This document shows positions 61,096-64,000 of a stretch of 64,000 nucleotides of DNA, piece after piece (the stretch's first letter is position 1; every line of letters starts with the position of its first letter). The notes beneath the pieces are model-generated. The model saw only the letters and a program-made list of their open reading frames with translations, searched no databases and was not told the DNA's origin. This DNA is from Asterionella formosa (Eukaryota): assembly GCA_002256025.1 (NCBI GenBank), contig NKIB01012477.1:1-64000 (forward strand), given 5' to 3'. Position numbers and translations under genes: made by a program.

Positions 61096-62197
61096 ATGGC
61101 ACAACGTAGGAGGCGATGTCACCTTCCATGTGTGGCCACCGGTCTTGTCTGTGTGATTCTGACCGGTTAGTTCTATAGAAGCGAAGTCATTAGAACACCA
61201 AGGGCGGGAATATCAAACGGGAGTATTATCATGTTCACTCACACACATGTCATCCTTTTCGTTCCAACCCAGCGCTCATTTATTACATTCAAGGACGATC
61301 GCTGACAACCGAAGATCATCTCAAAAAGCTACGAGATAGCGGCGCCCATTTTGGTGTCAGCACAGGGCACTATAAAGGAGAAACATGGAAGAACAGAAAC
61401 ACGCTTGCCACCACTTTGTTAGGCGAGACACCATTTGCTCGTTGCGATATGCACTCCGTATTACTGGAGGATGGAAAGACAATAATAAACGATTGGATAT
61501 TCATGGTACGTGATATCAATGATGAAGACTGAACATGAACAGATTCTTTCTCTTCAGCAAATGCCCTCATGCTTCCCGTCCAATTGATTTCTAGGAGGAA
61601 CGGGATGCCGTCAATGTTGCGGTTCGAACAAAGGAAGGCGAATGGCTAGTCTTTGAAACTAACAAATACGCCATTCCGGGAAAGACTTTAAGTCCAGTGG
61701 GAGGATTCATCAATGATGGAGAAACGCCCTGGGAAGCTGCCCGACGAGAAGTTTGGGAAGAGTTAGGTGTTGGTTCTGAGATTAGCAAACGAGAAATGGG
61801 TGAGGGACAGAACCTACTGAAATCCAAGGAATCGAAAGAAAACCCTTTTGGGACCAAGAACGGAATCAATGTACCTATTGATGAACATGGACTTGCCAAA
61901 GGTGATACCCCAGGGATAGAATCTGATTGGATTTTTCTCGGACGATATAGGACTATGGCCAATCGAGGGGGCGGCTTTCTCTACGCATACTTTCTGAAGA
62001 ACGCTGTTACTTTAGCCAATGAAGACGATGGATCCGTAGCTGGCAATCCAAACGGAGACGTTGAATCGCAGGAATTAATTAAGTTGACCAACGTAAAACT
62101 GAGGGAAGCTATTGAAAACGGGGACTTTCAAGAGGTGAAGTGGGCATTGACATTGAGTTTAGCACTGCAACGTGTTGAGTCCGTGAACGAGGAATAA
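61096..62197 (+). CDS. Membrane-anchored Nudix hydrolase; exons 61096-61165, 61273-61505, 61595-62197
   Basis: Nudix box GFINDGETPWEAARREVWEELGV. Two in-frame GT-AG introns. N-terminal basic stretch followed by a hydrophobic helix. Confidence 0.85.
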
Positions 62198-62635
62198 CAA
62201 AATTCAATAGCGCCAACCTGGTTATTCCCATTTTCATACATTTCGATTCCTTCCACAGAAGTTACGAACCGGCCACAACCTTGAACCCAATGTTTGTACC
62301 GGCAGCTTTGAAAGCAGGAACGCGAACGCCTTCCTTTTCTCCGGAGCGCAGTCCTTCTAAAACATAAGTAATTCGAGACATTGAAATGTTATTCGTCGTT
62401 AATCATAATTGTTTCAACTCCCTAAAAAGACCGTCCCACCTGTATCGATCTGACAACGTGCAATTGAACCTGTTTTCTAGGAAGCCGATCTTGTATTTCA
62501 ATGACTATCACCCAGTCCTGAAAATCTGTTGCTTTGAATCCAAGATATTCAAGAGAATTCAGCAGTCTCAAATCAGTATGAACGCATATCACCGATACGT
62601 CAGTCATGAGCGAGAAAATACTCATCCCTACAAGC

Positions 62636-63295
62636 TTAACATCTTTGTCCAAAAATCTTGATTTGCCATAACGAAACACCCCATCCCATGGCACTGGTCC
62701 TTATCAATATCCGAAATTGTCGAAGCTTCTTACTTTCCCCTAAAATTTCGATGGCATGAATGACATGAAGAGGGATTTTGCTTTTCACTCCAGAAGATTG
62801 GCCTGCCTCCGACTTCGTCCGTCGACTGCTGTCGACTTTTGAATCAAACATGGGTATGTATTCCTCAAATTCGTGTATTCTACCTTCGAGTCTATAGTCG
62901 TCGCTGTAAGCCGCCTCCCAATCCAATATAACAGTCGAAACGGTGACATAACTGGAAAAGTCAAGTCGTACCCAATGAGTTCCTTTAATGGCAGTCCCAT
63001 GTAAATCACTTGCAGCTTGCCATCGATCCTTGATCCAATCTGTGCCATTATTCAGCATGGTTTCGGGTGGTCCCAGATTACCTCGAACGTCTGCAGTAAT
63101 GATGATGCTGGATGGATCATCTGTAAGCAGTGAAATAGGATGAGGATCATCGAGTCCGCGTGGATCGTCATTATTGAGATGTGATGGCTTTACGACGTAG
63201 TACAATAACAGAATACTGCCAATCAGAGACATGAATGGTATCAGCGATAACATCCAGTGGTGTAGGCTTTTCCGGGGCCGTTTGATCCTCGTCAT
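62636..63295 (-). CDS. Type II membrane protein with F5/8 type C (discoidin/CBM32-like) domain
   Basis: N-terminal TM helix; RWQAAS, HWVRLDF, VILDWEAAYSDDYRLE and WGVSLWQIKIFG. Confidence 0.85.
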   Translation of the reverse strand: MTRIKRPRKSLHHWMLSLIPFMSLIGSILLLYYVVKPSHLNNDDPRGLDDPHPISLLTDDPSSIIITADVRGNLGPPETMLNNGTDWIKDRWQAASDLHGTAIKGTHWVRLDFSSYVTVSTVILDWEAAYSDDYRLEGRIHEFEEYIPMFDSKVDSSRRTKSEAGQSSGVKSKIPLHVIHAIEILGESKKLRQFRILIRTSAMGWGVSLWQIKIFGQRC

Positions 63296-64000
63296 GATAG
63301 TTCGTCCGCTATGATCTCCATCATGTTAAAGTTGAACATCAGCAACTGGATATCAACCGTTGTAAAGTTTACTTTTGGTTATTTCTGGATTCGAGTGAAG
63401 TTTATCAAGTTTTTTTTCTAGGCAGAGCATCCCCACCGCATCCAACCAAATTCCAAAGCAAAAAACCCACTTATCAAAACACGTCACTTGGTCGAGAAAT
63501 ATTTATCAATATACCGGTACCTGAGCTGGTTTACCTACTCTCTGAAATTGCGTAGATTCTACATATTGTTGGTATGTCCAAACTTCTTATTCACAACCTG
63601 AATTTTAGGTCAAACCGACACCTGCAAAATCTTCAGTACAGCCAGTACAAAATGTTCACACGAGGATGACTTCTACCACGGGCGGACCACACCCAACCAT
63701 ACCTAATACAGAAAGAACTGATAATGATGCGTTTGAAGGCGGAGCAGACGACAAAAATATTGTTACTTAGTACGATGTACTCTATCAGGTACCTGTAGGT
63801 ACTAGTACTCACTATCACTTCATTTCAACCTCAACCAAATGATAGAATGTAGATGAAATGATTCATGAATATTTAAAAGCTAGCAATAAGTAGTCTCAGT
63901 GCTACAAGTTCATCTGTTGACAATTGCTGACAACAATCAATAATGGCATCATTAGCTATTGCTTGCTTCTTCTGACAGATGCTTGAACCAACTTCCCCCA

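Noticed and set aside
62200..62630. Possible small extra minus-strand gene between the Nudix and F5/8 genes
   Set aside because: Only short ORFs; I could not build a convincing spliced model.

Overview
Eukaryotic nuclear DNA, very probably from a diatom. Evidence: short GT-AG introns, a bipartite plastid-targeting peptide with an ASAFAP-type cleavage motif on FabG, a DUF6824 gene and diatom-type Ty1/copia relics. About 13 intact host genes lie in compact islands, often as tail-to-tail pairs: a six-bromodomain protein, a TspO-like membrane protein, L-asparaginase, FabG, ARL6IP4/SR-25, a patatin-like lipase, a DUF6824 protein, a Vps39/TGFBRAP1-like protein, Sin3, a Nudix hydrolase, an F5/8-type-C protein and several hypotheticals. 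The islands are separated by AT-rich blocks of decayed mobile DNA: pogo/DDE_1, IS630/Tc1-like, Plavaka-like plus Ulp1 protease, copia, gypsy, LTRs, TIR elements and tandem repeats. Best leads: (1) a three-copy tRNA-headed, structured ~300 bp SINE-like repeat; (2) TACCGGTA/GGTACC palindrome clusters just upstream of nearly every host gene; (3) a homologous 84-bp intron 3' end shared by two unrelated transposase genes; (4) a Vps39-like protein ending in a gamma-COP-appendage-like domain; (5) a split pogo/Plavaka/Ulp1 composite at 10-18 kb. All family calls come from motif recognition by eye; no database search was run.
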